Source of the DNA: Anaerolineae bacterium
GTDB lineage: Bacteria; Chloroflexota; Anaerolineae; Anaerolineales; UBA11858
Length of the DNA stretch: 49,509 nucleotides
Assembly (NCBI GenBank): GCA_014382605.1
Contig: JACNJM010000171.1
Location: 1 to 49,509 of the forward strand
Direction: 5' to 3'
Shown: positions 1-10,300 of the stretch, piece after piece
Layout of the letters: the number at the start of each line of letters is the position of its first letter
How positions within the stretch are numbered: position 1 is the stretch's first letter
Position numbers and translations under genes: made by a program
Notes under the pieces: model-generated
Database searches by the model: none
The model's input: only the letters and a program-made list of their open reading frames with translations
Told to the model about the DNA's origin: nothing

Positions 1-2
1 GC

Positions 3-656
3 GGTATATTCTATTGCAGCCGCACGCTTCAAGGGCAGGCCCGCCAGACGATCTGTGCCCAGGCGCAGGCGGGGCAGCAACTGACGGTGGTAGGCCCGCT
101 CGATAGGCCGTTGCTCAAACGCTGGATTCAAGGCCGTTCCTTTCGCCGCATCCAGAAAGAAATTCAAACGCCCCTGCTCTATGTCAAAAAAAACTGGCGG
201 CAGATGCAGAAAATTCTTTTATGCATGGGCGGGTTGGGGTATGCCACTGATGCCGAAAATTGGGCTATATTTCTGACACACCAATTAAAGGCTGATTTGA
301 CCATTCTGCATGTGATTGAGCCGATTTCGTACACGTACCCCACCGCACAGTTGATGCAAGAAAACTGGATGGATATTCTTGCTACCGACACGCCTCAGGG
401 CGAAAATTTACGCCGCGGGTTAGCTTTGGCGCAAGCTGCCGGTATCGAGCCCCGGTTTAAAACCCGGCATGGTGATACGGTTCACGAAATTCTGGCCGAA
501 GTGGATCACGATGCTTATGATCTGGTTGTGCTGGGGTCGCCGCATAGCTCACAAAGTTTGCGCCACCTTTATATGCCCAATGTGACCGCCGAAGTCGCCG
601 AGCGTGTGCCGTGTCCGGTACTGACGGTGGAATATGGGCAAAAGTTGATTTTCTGA
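3..656 (+). CDS. Universal stress protein (UspA family), probably tandem-domain; 5' end cut by window edge
   Basis: Frame 3 is open from base 3, with no stop before the listed GTG at 87. Bases 3-200 encode ...LTVVGPLDRPLLKRWIQGRSFRRIQKEIQTPLLYVKK, which looks like the C-terminal end of a USP domain. A second complete USP domain starts at ATG 204 (MQKILLCMGG...DLVVLGSPHSS...VAERVPCPVLTV). Confidence 0.7.
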   Translation, partial: GIFYCSRTLQGQARQTICAQAQAGQQLTVVGPLDRPLLKRWIQGRSFRRIQKEIQTPLLYVKKNWRQMQKILLCMGGLGYATDAENWAIFLTHQLKADLTILHVIEPISYTYPTAQLMQENWMDILATDTPQGENLRRGLALAQAAGIEPRFKTRHGDTVHEILAEVDHDAYDLVVLGSPHSSQSLRHLYMPNVTAEVAERVPCPVLTVEYGQKLIF

Positions 657-660
657 CACG

Positions 661-3171
661 ATGCTTGATTTCTTTCTCTGGTATATCCTGATCTCTCTCC
701 TCGGTTTGCTCAGCTTTCCGTTGGCCTATTTTATGTTACCCAAACTGGCCGACCGCGGTTATGCGTTCAGCCGCGCTTTGGGATGGCTGTTGTGGGGTTA
801 TATTTTCTGGATACTTGGCTCGTTAGGGATACTGAAAAATGACTTGGGTGGACAGATATTTGCCCTGCTGCTTCTAATTGCTCTGAGTGGAGCAGTCCTG
901 CATCAGGTTGGCTGGAAGAATCTCAAAGATTGGCTGCGCGCCCAACGCCAGGTGATTCTGACTGTCGAGATTCTCTTTATTGCAACGTTTGGCCTGTGGA
1001 CAATTGTGCGGGCTGCCAACCCGGAGATTGTCGGCACCGAAAAGCCGATGGAGTTGGCTTTTATTAATTCCATTTTACGTTCACCCACCTTGCCGCCTAA
1101 TGATCCCTGGCTTTCGGGATACGCCATCTCGTATTACCATTTTGGCTTTATCCTGGTTGCCATGCTCGCCCGCCTGACCGCCACCGCTGGCAGTGTGGCC
1201 TTCAATCTGGGCGGCGCGCTGGTATTTGGGCTTGCAGCGATTGGCTCGTATGGGCTTCTGTATAATTTGCTCGCTTCTTTACAGGCCAACCGAAAACTGA
1301 AGACCGACGACCTGGAATCTTCCACCCATCTTCCGTCCTCCGTCCTTCGTCCGCTGTTAGCCCCCTTTTTTATTCTCATTGTTTCCAATTTCGGCGGCCT
1401 GCTGCATCTCTTACGCCTTACTGGCGTTTTCTGGCGCACGAATGAAGACGGACAATTATCTTCGCCGATCTGGGCCTGGCTCGATATGGGCAGTTTCAGC
1501 CAGCCCCCCCCCGCCGAGTCTTTCCCGCATTGGTGGTGGTGGCAGGCCTCGCGCGTCGTGCAGGATTTTGATTTTAATTGGGCCAACAAGGGAGACGTGA
1601 TTGACGAGTTTCCATTCTTCTCGTTTTTACTGGCCGATTTGCACCCGCATGTGCTGGCGATGCCCTTTGCTTTCCTGTTATTTGGTCTGATATTCAACTT
1701 CTTCATCAGTGATGAGCAGAAAAGCCTCCCCTGGCCGAATTTGCGCATTAGCCCATTGAATTTTGCTTTTAGCGCGGTTTTGATTGGCAGCCTGGGCTTT
1801 CTCAACACCTGGGATTTGCCCTTCTATATAGCGCTTTTCGCCGCCGCCTATGCCCTCCGTAGCTCATTCACCATTCAGCGTTCATCACTCATCATTCTGT
1901 TTAAAAATTTCTTCACTTTCGCCTTCGCCCTCGGGATTGCATCCATCTTGCTCTATCTGCCCTTCTATCTGAGTTTTTCTTCCCAGGCGGGCGGGATGTT
2001 ACCCAATTTGATTTACGTGACCCGCGGGATATACCTGTGGGTGATGTTTGTGCCATTCTTGCTGCCGTTGCTGGTTTTCAGTGTCTATCTCTGGCGCAAA
2101 CAACGGAATCATTCCTTGTTGAAGACTGCCCTGCTGACCACTGCCGGGTTGATTCTGCTGCTCTTACTGCTGTCTTGGCTGGTGGCCGGGATTATCGCTG
2201 CGCTGCATCTGTTCAGTACCATTAACCCCGAAGCGGCTTCGGCAACGCAACTCTTCCTTGGGTCTCTGGCTGCCCCGGGGTGGGTTGCTGCCATTGAGGA
2301 GGGTCTGCGGCGGCGCCTCATCGCCCCGGGGACATGGCTCACATTGGGGGCATTGCTCACCTTCGTGCTGGCAAGTTTGTGGCCGCGTCGCCTGGATGAA
2401 AATTTTCGCCCCATCGCTCCGGTACATACTTTTGTGTTGCTGCTCACGCTGGTTGCCGCACTACTCGTCCTCGGCCCGGAATTTCTTTTTCTGCGTGATA
2501 TGTTTGGCTATCGCATCAACACAATTTTTAAATTCTACTTCCTGGCCTGGTTGATGTGGGGCATTGCCGCAGCCTACGCCACAGCGATTTTATGGCAGCG
2601 ATTGCCCAAAAAGCCCCGGGCAGCGTTTCGCGTGATCATGTTGTTGATAATTTTCATCAGCCTGCTTTATCCGGCGATGGGCCTGTGGAGTAAGACCAAC
2701 CAATTTAACCCGCCCCAATGGACTCTGGACGGCGCGGCGTATATCCAAAACGGCGCGCCCGATGAGGCCGCGGCGATGGGTTGGCTGCGTGAGGCTCCGT
2801 TGGGCGTGGTCGCCGAAGCCGTGGGTGGTAGTTATTCATCCTTTGCGCGCATGGCAACCCACAGCGGGCAGCCCACTGTACTCGGCTGGGAATTTCACGA
2901 AATCCAATGGCGTGGTGGCACCGAGGAGATGGGTTCGCGTAAGGGTGACATAGAGCGCCTGTATTGCATCCCCAATTGGGCCGAAGCCGAAATGATCTTG
3001 CGCCAGTATAATATCCGCTACGTGGTTGTGGGCGAGCGCGAGCGTTTTGCCTACGGAGCGGGCAGCGCGCCCTGTCCCGCCGGGTTGAGCGAAACGAAAT
3101 TTGCCCTGAACTTGCAAACTGCTTTCCAGCAGGGTGATATAACTGTGTACCAATACACCCCAGGCGAGTAG
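661..3171 (+). CDS. Large polytopic membrane protein, DUF2298 / Chlor_Arch_YYY-type (GT-C-like fold suspected)
   Basis: 836-aa ORF beginning 4 nt after the USP stop. It has more than 15 hydrophobic segments, the motif GYAISYYHFGF (a YYY-type motif) and a soluble C-terminal domain (GWEFHEIQWRG...). Family assignment is from memory of the DUF2298/TIGR03662 signature, not from a search. Confidence 0.6.
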   Translation: MLDFFLWYILISLLGLLSFPLAYFMLPKLADRGYAFSRALGWLLWGYIFWILGSLGILKNDLGGQIFALLLLIALSGAVLHQVGWKNLKDWLRAQRQVILTVEILFIATFGLWTIVRAANPEIVGTEKPMELAFINSILRSPTLPPNDPWLSGYAISYYHFGFILVAMLARLTATAGSVAFNLGGALVFGLAAIGSYGLLYNLLASLQANRKLKTDDLESSTHLPSSVLRPLLAPFFILIVSNFGGLLHLLRLTGVFWRTNEDGQLSSPIWAWLDMGSFSQPPPAESFPHWWWWQASRVVQDFDFNWANKGDVIDEFPFFSFLLADLHPHVLAMPFAFLLFGLIFNFFISDEQKSLPWPNLRISPLNFAFSAVLIGSLGFLNTWDLPFYIALFAAAYALRSSFTIQRSSLIILFKNFFTFAFALGIASILLYLPFYLSFSSQAGGMLPNLIYVTRGIYLWVMFVPFLLPLLVFSVYLWRKQRNHSLLKTALLTTAGLILLLLLLSWLVAGIIAALHLFSTINPEAASATQLFLGSLAAPGWVAAIEEGLRRRLIAPGTWLTLGALLTFVLASLWPRRLDENFRPIAPVHTFVLLLTLVAALLVLGPEFLFLRDMFGYRINTIFKFYFLAWLMWGIAAAYATAILWQRLPKKPRAAFRVIMLLIIFISLLYPAMGLWSKTNQFNPPQWTLDGAAYIQNGAPDEAAAMGWLREAPLGVVAEAVGGSYSSFARMATHSGQPTVLGWEFHEIQWRGGTEEMGSRKGDIERLYCIPNWAEAEMILRQYNIRYVVVGERERFAYGAGSAPCPAGLSETKFALNLQTAFQQGDITVYQYTPGE

Positions 3172-3320
3172 GATTATAATCAGACCGCCGAGATTTTCGC
3201 CAATTTCTTGCGGCGCGGCGGAAGCCATATTAAAGCTACTTTCCAACAATCACTTAAGCACGCAGTTTGTGAAATCTCGGCGGTCTTGCTCACATTAGCT
3301 TGCGTCAAAACTGGAACAGT

Positions 3321-5048
3321 ATGATGAATTCACGGAAACTGACTCTCGAACATGGACTCTACGCCCTGGCCTTGATTCTGGCGCTGGGCGTGCGTCTGAT
3401 TAATTTGGGTGCGGCTCCCCTCGCCAACCCTGAAGCGGATGCCGCCTTACAAGCCTGGGATGTTGTCCGCGGCGCGCTGCCAATGGCGGTATCTCACCCG
3501 CTCTACATCTCGCTGACCAGTCTGAGCTTTGCACTTTTGGGCAGTACGAACTTCCTGGCGCGTCTGTGGCCCGCCCTGGCAGGAAGCGCCCTGGTGTTGC
3601 TTCCGCTGGCCTTACGCGAAAAGTTGGGACGCATTGCCTCCCTGGCGTTGGCCTTTGGCCTGGCGCTTGACCCCGGGTTGGTGGCGCTCGCTCGCATCGC
3701 CAATTCCCCAATGCTGGCCGTGACGTTCACTGTGCTGGCTCTGACGCTGGCGTATATCCGTATCCCGGCCTGGAGCGGCATTTTCGCCGGTCTGGCGCTG
3801 CTCTCCGGGCCAGGGGTGTGGATTGGCTGGCTCGGCTTGGGCATTGCCTGGGGCGCAGCGCATTTGGCAGGATTGTTCCGGGGGGCAGAATCCGTATTGT
3901 GGTTTGAATCACCCTCGCAGGAGTCCGCATCCACGCCACCTTTTAAAACTGGCCTCGTTTTCGCCGCGGCAACAGTCATCCTTGTCGGCACGCGCTTTTT
4001 TACCTTCCCGGCCGGTTTGGGCGCGTTGGCAACTTCGCTGGTTGAATTCTTGCGGGGCTGGGTTTCTCCATCCGGAATTCCGGCTTTGCGCGTCTTGGCG
4101 AGTTTGGGTGTTTATCAATTAATGGTGTTGATTTTTACAGGTGTGGCCTTGTTTTGGCCGCGAGTGCGCAATCGTTGGGTGATCGGTCTGGGCATCTGGG
4201 CGCTGACCGCCACCCTTCTGGCAATGGTGTATCCAGGGCGCAGCACAGATGATCTGATTTGGGCGTTGCTGCCTTTGTGGGGAATGGCGGCCCGGGCGCT
4301 GGGCGCTATATTTCAGGAAGATTTTCGCCAGCCCATCGCTATTGGGCAGGCTCTGGCATGGCTTGTGCTGCTGGTACTGGCCTGGATGACGCTTTCCGGC
4401 CTGCGCCTGACATTGCCGGAAGGCTACCTGCTGCGCTGGCTGATTCTGTTGGGGATTGTTATGCTCGGTGCGCTTTCAACGACTTTTGTGGGTCTGGGTT
4501 GGTCGTGGTCGCTTGCGCGCAGTGGCACATTGTTGGGTCTGCTGGCTGCTTTAGGCGTATATAGTATTGCCGTGCTGATGGGTGCAACGCAAATCCGCCC
4601 TAACAACCCAGCAGAGTTATGGGCTTCGCCGCCGCTCACCGGGGATGCCGATCTACTCCTGGATACGCTGCACGATCTGGCGCTAACCGATCAGGGGTTG
4701 TTTGATCAATTAGAAATTGTCTCGCTGGTGGATCAGGCGGCCATGCGCTGGGTTTTGCGCGACTTTTCGGATGTGCGCTACACCCCCGCGCTGGACGAAA
4801 CAGAACTTCCTTTGGTGGTGATTGCACCGCAAGAGAGCGAATTTGCCCCCTGGGCAGCAGCCTATCGCGGGCAGGATTTCGCCTGGAGTCTTTCGCCCGG
4901 ATGGGTAGGTGCGCTGCCCAATGCCTGGGTTGATTGGCTGATTTTCCGCAGCGCGCCAGTGGAACAAGAGAATATCATCCTATGGGCACGCGGCGATATA
5001 TTCCCCAACGATGGGGAAGCTGAAACACCCTCGCAATATGATGAATAG
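3321..5048 (+). CDS. Polytopic membrane protein, ArnT/PMT-like (GT-C) partner of the DUF2298 protein
   Basis: The long ORF is listed from TTG 3300; ATG 3321/3324 is more likely. The N-terminus LTLEHGLYALALILALGVRLINLGAAPLANPEAD resembles the first TM plus loop of GT-C glycosyltransferases. About 12 TM segments precede a soluble C-terminal domain. In my recollection, DUF2298 genes are usually paired with such a protein (TIGR03663-like). Confidence 0.5.
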   Translation: MMNSRKLTLEHGLYALALILALGVRLINLGAAPLANPEADAALQAWDVVRGALPMAVSHPLYISLTSLSFALLGSTNFLARLWPALAGSALVLLPLALREKLGRIASLALAFGLALDPGLVALARIANSPMLAVTFTVLALTLAYIRIPAWSGIFAGLALLSGPGVWIGWLGLGIAWGAAHLAGLFRGAESVLWFESPSQESASTPPFKTGLVFAAATVILVGTRFFTFPAGLGALATSLVEFLRGWVSPSGIPALRVLASLGVYQLMVLIFTGVALFWPRVRNRWVIGLGIWALTATLLAMVYPGRSTDDLIWALLPLWGMAARALGAIFQEDFRQPIAIGQALAWLVLLVLAWMTLSGLRLTLPEGYLLRWLILLGIVMLGALSTTFVGLGWSWSLARSGTLLGLLAALGVYSIAVLMGATQIRPNNPAELWASPPLTGDADLLLDTLHDLALTDQGLFDQLEIVSLVDQAAMRWVLRDFSDVRYTPALDETELPLVVIAPQESEFAPWAAAYRGQDFAWSLSPGWVGALPNAWVDWLIFRSAPVEQENIILWARGDIFPNDGEAETPSQYDE

Positions 5049-5173
5049 CTTGACAATGTCAATTTACAACCCAAATTTCGGGAATCTTTTCAAAGTTGAC
5101 ATTGCCGAAATAGACAGAGGACGGGGTGACGGGAGACCGAAACCTCCCCGCCATCCGTCTTTATGGAGTTCCC

Positions 5174-5857
5174 ATGAATGTACCTCACACAATTGCCATT
5201 GATGGCCCGGCAGCCTCAGGAAAATCGACACTGGCCAAGCGCATGGCCCATGCTCTGGATTATTTGTTTTTTGATACTGGCGTGATGTATCGGGCCATCA
5301 CCTGCGCGGCGCTGCGTGCGGGCCTGTCGATGGATGCAGAAGATCAGATCACTGCACTTTCAGAACGCGCCCAAATTGATGTTCAAACCGCCTCGGCCGA
5401 TGATGGCCGCGATAACGATATTCTGCTCGATGGCGTGGATATTACCTGGGATATTCGCAGCCCCGAAGTGGATTCTAATGTCTCGGTGGTTTCGGCGTAC
5501 CCCGGCGTGCGCGCCGCGCTCACGGCTCAACAACGTCGCATCGGTCAGCGCGGGCACGTGGTAATGGTCGGGCGCGATATTGGCACCGTGGTGCTGCCCG
5601 AAGCCGATCTCAAACTTTATCTGGATGCATCCGTAGAAGAACGCGCCCGTCGTCGCTATGATGAGCGTCTCAATCGTGGCGACGAAATTATGCTGGAAGT
5701 TGTGCTTGCCGATATGCGCATGCGCGATGAAATCGACTCCACCCGCGCGGTTGCCCCGCTACGCCCTGCCGAGGATGCCGTGATTCTCGATTCGGACAAT
5801 ATGAGCATCGATGAAGTTCTGGCGTATTCGTTAGGCCTGGCGCGAGGCGAAGGTTAA
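5174..5857 (+). CDS. cmk: Cytidylate kinase
   Basis: P-loop IAIDGPAASGKSTLAKRMA followed by FDTGVMYRA, with length and layout typical of Cmk. ATG 5174 is preferred over the listed 5126 because GGAG lies at 5166-5169. Confidence 0.9.
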   Translation: MNVPHTIAIDGPAASGKSTLAKRMAHALDYLFFDTGVMYRAITCAALRAGLSMDAEDQITALSERAQIDVQTASADDGRDNDILLDGVDITWDIRSPEVDSNVSVVSAYPGVRAALTAQQRRIGQRGHVVMVGRDIGTVVLPEADLKLYLDASVEERARRRYDERLNRGDEIMLEVVLADMRMRDEIDSTRAVAPLRPAEDAVILDSDNMSIDEVLAYSLGLARGEG

Positions 5858-5867
5858 TTGCTGCGCC

Positions 5868-6569
5868 ATGACTGATAATTATCGTCCATCTTTGGCCGCG
5901 CGTTTACTCCGTCCCGGGCTGCGAGCTGTATTGCGGGGAATTTTTCACCTTGTCAGCCGTGTGATCATCAACGGACTCGAGCATGTGCCCAAATCTGGCG
6001 CGTATCTAATTGCCATTAATCATATCTCGTTGTACGAAGCGCCTTTCGTGGCATCTTTTTGGCCTATTGCCCCCGAAGTGGCCGGGGCCGCCGATGTCTG
6101 GCAGCGCCCTGGTCAATCACTGCTGGCGCGCGGCTATGGGGGCATCAAAATTCACCGCGGCGAATACGATCGCCAAATGATTGATGCGACTCTCAATGTG
6201 CTGCGTTCCGGGCGACCTTTGTTGATCGCGCCCGAAGGGGGGCGTTCGCATATTCCGGGGATGCGCCGCGCCAGACCCGGGGTGGCCTATCTGATGGACA
6301 AAGCCGGGGTTCCAGTGATACCGGTGGGGGTAGTGGGCAGCACCGTCGATTTCTTGTCGCGCGGGCTGCGAGGGCAGCGTCCCTCCATTGAGATGCGCAT
6401 TGGCCCGCCGGTAGAACTGCCTCCCATTTCAGGCCGCGGCGAAGCGCGCCGCTTGGCGCGTCAGAAAAATGCCGATCAAGTGATGTTCGCCATCGCGGCT
6501 TTGCTACCGCCCGAATACCGCGGGCTTTACGGAGATGAGTTTAAGTATGAGCAAGCCTCGGAAGCGTGA
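5868..6569 (+). CDS. Lysophospholipid acyltransferase (PlsC/LPLAT family)
   Basis: Acyltransferase motif I INHISLYE (NHxxxxD/E) and motif III IAPEGGRS; motif IV VPVIPVGV. Confidence 0.75.
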   Translation: MTDNYRPSLAARLLRPGLRAVLRGIFHLVSRVIINGLEHVPKSGAYLIAINHISLYEAPFVASFWPIAPEVAGAADVWQRPGQSLLARGYGGIKIHRGEYDRQMIDATLNVLRSGRPLLIAPEGGRSHIPGMRRARPGVAYLMDKAGVPVIPVGVVGSTVDFLSRGLRGQRPSIEMRIGPPVELPPISGRGEARRLARQKNADQVMFAIAALLPPEYRGLYGDEFKYEQASEA

Positions 6570-7281
6570 AAAACGCACTACAATGCAGCCCTATAATCAC
6601 CATGCCTGGAAAAAAAAGCGTCGTTTTTTGCGTTTCTTGCTGAAGCGCGTAGGCTTTCCGTTGTGGGTGCGAATTGATCGTGTTCAGGGATATGAAAATA
6701 TCCCCGCGGGTGGGTCGCTTATTTTTATGATCAACCATATCTCTTTTGCCGATTCGCTGATTGTATTGCAACGGGTCTGGCGTGATATTACGCCGATGGC
6801 GAAAATTGAAGTTTATGAATATCCGGTAATTGGCATCTTCCCTAAATTATGGGGTGTGATTCCTGTGCGCCGCGAAGAAGTGGATCGCAAAGCCATTCGT
6901 CTAGCTCTCAATGTGCTAAAAAGTGGCGAGAGCATTCTGGTTGCCCCTGAAGGCACGCGCAGTCCCGCATTGCAACCTGCGAAGGAAGGCGTGGCTTATT
7001 TGGCGGCGCGTAGCGGGGCCGCCGTTGTGCCGGTGGGAATCTCCGGCACAGGCGGCTTTCCAATTTTTCGCACTTCGCCACGCTGGAAGGAACCAGGCGC
7101 ACAGGTTGTTTTCGGAAAACCTTTTCGCTACAAGGCCGAATTCCGCCATGCCAAAGGGCAGCAACTTAGCCTGATGACGAGCGAAGCCATGTACCAGTTA
7201 GCTGCGCTGTTGCCTGAAAAACACCGCGGTGTGTACGCCGATTTTAAAAACGCAACCCGGAATACCATTGAGATGCTATAA
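6547..7281 (+). CDS. Second lysophospholipid acyltransferase (PlsC/LPLAT family) paralog
   Basis: Motifs MINHISFADS and VAPEGTRS plus VVPVGI. The start is ambiguous (6535, 6547 or 6583); the previous gene stops at 6569. Confidence 0.7.
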   Translation: MSKPRKREKRTTMQPYNHHAWKKKRRFLRFLLKRVGFPLWVRIDRVQGYENIPAGGSLIFMINHISFADSLIVLQRVWRDITPMAKIEVYEYPVIGIFPKLWGVIPVRREEVDRKAIRLALNVLKSGESILVAPEGTRSPALQPAKEGVAYLAARSGAAVVPVGISGTGGFPIFRTSPRWKEPGAQVVFGKPFRYKAEFRHAKGQQLSLMTSEAMYQLAALLPEKHRGVYADFKNATRNTIEML

Positions 7282-7326
7282 GAAGTGCTATAATTTTTCT
7301 AAACCTTAGACACCTAGCGATCGTCC

Positions 7327-10300
7327 ATGTCTCTATTATTTAGCATTCTTTCCGAAACACCGTTTTTTATCTTTCCCGAGGGTTGGGAAGGATGGCTTGG
7401 CGCGTTGCTATGGTTGATTTTGATTTTCTTGCTACTCGCATTGTGGCGCAATTATCATAGACCGCGAGAACGCAATCGCAGCATTATTTTTAGCGTACTG
7501 CTCATCATTTCTCCGTTATCGGCCATACTCATTGGTATGAAAATCCCGGGGCTGAGCGCTATTCCCCTTTCGGGTGTTGTGATGGATAGTGGGGGCATGG
7601 CAGTGATGGTGTTGGCTGCGTTTTCTTGGGTATTGGCCGCTGGGTTATTGGGCACGTTGCCCGCCGCAGTTTTGGCCGCAATCTCTGGGTTGATCCTGGG
7701 TTTTTGGGGGACGCATAGTATTTTTACAGTTTTTGAATGGGTCACGCTGGCAATCCTATTATCGGCCATTAGCCAGCAGCGCTACCGTACACCCATATAT
7801 AAATTTGCACGCAATCCAATTGTTGCAATTTCTGTGATTAGCTTGTTGTATCCGCTCTTATATATTTTCAGTTCAATACTTACGATGGGGGGATCACTGG
7901 CCGTGCGCCTGGATTACGCGCTTGAGTATGTCAGACCGGCGACATTGGCGGTAATTAGCCCGGTGTTGATAGCCGCAGTGATGGCTCAGTTTGCCAAATT
8001 GGCTTTTCCTGAACAATGGGGTGGACAACCCCCATGGCGACCTTCACCCTCCGAGAGTAGCCTGGAATCTCGCTTTACGTACACATTGCTGCCCCTGCTG
8101 GCGCTCTTGCTGCTCGTTTTCGTCATTGGAGACTGGATCATTGCCGGAAACGCTGCCCGTGAAATGTTGCAATCGCGTATGGCTGCTGCTACTGAAGTTG
8201 CCGCAGATGGTGTCCCATTTTTATTGAATACAGGGCAGAATCTAATTTTACAAATCGCTCAAGAAATTGATTTGCAAGATATTGGTGACGAGCAATTACA
8301 GCATAAATTATCGGTGGGGTATCAATCTACACCCTTTTTTCATCAGTTATACATTCTGGATACTGAGAGAAAAGCGCTCACCGGATATCCAGCACAAGAA
8401 TATGAAAAACTTACCCAAACGGTAGAAGAATTGCTGGGCATTGAACTGGCATTCGATGGCATTCCCGTGCAGGTTTATATTATTCCTGATCCTGAAGGTC
8501 TGAATGCTACGCAAATATCTTTTATTGCTGCCATCTTCGATGAAGAGCAAATTGTCCAGGGAGTACTTTTGGGGCGTACCGATTTTATTAGCAATCCCTT
8601 CGCACAGGCGATTTTTACGAATTTGAACAGTACCACCGATTTAGATGGCGTTGGCCTACTGGTAGATGAGAATGGGCAAATTCTATATCAATCTAAAACC
8701 AGTTGGCGTTTTCAGCGCTATAGTGGACAGGTCAGCGATTCCCCGATTTTTTATGATGATTCCGCTCCGGATGGTACGCGTCATCTCATCTATGTTCGTC
8801 CTACCATCGGTCGGCCCTGGTTTACTGTAATGATGGTGCCTGCGCGTGAAGCTCAACAATTAGCGCTCAATATTGCGGCGCCAGTATTGGGCATGATTTT
8901 TTTGTTGGTAAGTATTGCTGCAATATTAATCCGTTTGAGTTTGCGGATGGTTACATCTTCACTTAAATCATTGACCACAGAAGCGGAGCGTATTGCACAA
9001 GGGCAATTGGATCATGTACTCAAACCGGCTGGGGCTGATGAGGCCGGGCGCTTGCGTAGCGCCTTTGAAAAAATGCGCCTGAGCTTGAAGGCGCGTCTTG
9101 ATGAATTGAATCGTTTGTTGCTGGTTAGCCAGGGGGTTGCATCTCATTTGAATATTGCCGAAGCGTTACAACCCATTATTACATCGGCCCTTACAGCTGG
9201 GGTAAGCTCTGCCCGCATTGTTCTATCGCCTGAAATCGTACCAGATAGCGGCATGAATGACGAAATTGCGTCCCGCTACGGTGTTGGGAAAGATACGCAG
9301 CTATTCAGTTATTTTGATGATCAAATTCTGGCGTTGATGCAAACGCATCCCAAAGATCAAATTGTGCTGACGAACCCGATACGTACGCCATTATTAAGTT
9401 TTGGCACAGGGGCGCCACGTTTGGGAAGTATGATGGCAATTACCCTGCGCCACGAGCGACAGTATTATGGTGTGTTATGGCTGGGGAATGATGCCCCTCA
9501 CACCTTTGCAGATGAAGAAGTGCAATTTTTATCAACATTAGGTGGGCAGGCAGCAATGGCTGCGGCAAATGCGCGTCTGTTTATGACGGCTGAATTTGAG
9601 CGTGAACGCTTGTCAGCAATTTTGGCATCCACGCCTGACCCTGTGTTGGTAACCGATTTTCACGATCGCCTCCTACTAATTAACGAACGCGCCTGGCAGA
9701 CTTTGAATCTCGATGGCAAAGCCAGTATTGGTAAGCCGGTTGCGGAAATGGTGCAGCAACCCGAGTTGGCCGATTTATTATGTTTGTCGTACGACATTCA
9801 GGATTCTGTTGAAGTAGAAGTGCCCGACGGGCGCATATTTATGGCGACCGCATCGACCATTCGAGTGGATGACCATAATATCGGGCGAGTTTGTGTCCTA
9901 AAAGACATTACCCATTTCAAAGAATTGGACGCACTTAAATCTGACTTTGTTTCAACTGTAAGCCATGATTTGCGCTCTCCGCTGACGCTGATGCGCGGTT
10001 ATGCAACGATGCTGGAAATGGTGGGGGATCTCAACCAGCAGCAAGACGAATATGTTCGCAAAATCATTATTGGGGTTGAGAATATCACCCTGCTGGTGAC
10101 AAATTTGCTCGATTTGGGTCGTATTGAGGCCGGAGTTGGTTTGCAGGTCGAAAAGTTGCTCGTGCGTGATATTGTAGATTGGGTTGTGGATGCTTTCCAA
10201 CTTCAAGCTACGCAAAAGCGCATCGAACTGCACGCCCACATCGCGGAAGAAAGTACACCCCTTATCGAGGCCGATCAAGCCTTGTTGCAACAAGCCCTTC

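Noticed and set aside
1134-1808. Long antisense or alternative-frame ORFs inside confident genes. Examples: 1134..1808 (-), 12916..13440 (-), 14221..14751 (-), 20234..20785 (-), 21721..22281 (+), 25494..25994 (-), 31607..32430 (+), 33063..33859 (both strands).
   Set aside because: Each is fully embedded in a gene with clear family motifs on the other frame or strand. Their compositions are biased (R/P/G/S-rich) and they have no RBS. I treated them as non-coding.
7268-7294. TTGAGA-15 nt-TATAAT upstream of the first histidine kinase as its promoter.
   Set aside because: The 15-nt spacer is suboptimal and the TATAAT overlaps the previous gene's stop region. It is plausible but too weak to list as a feature.
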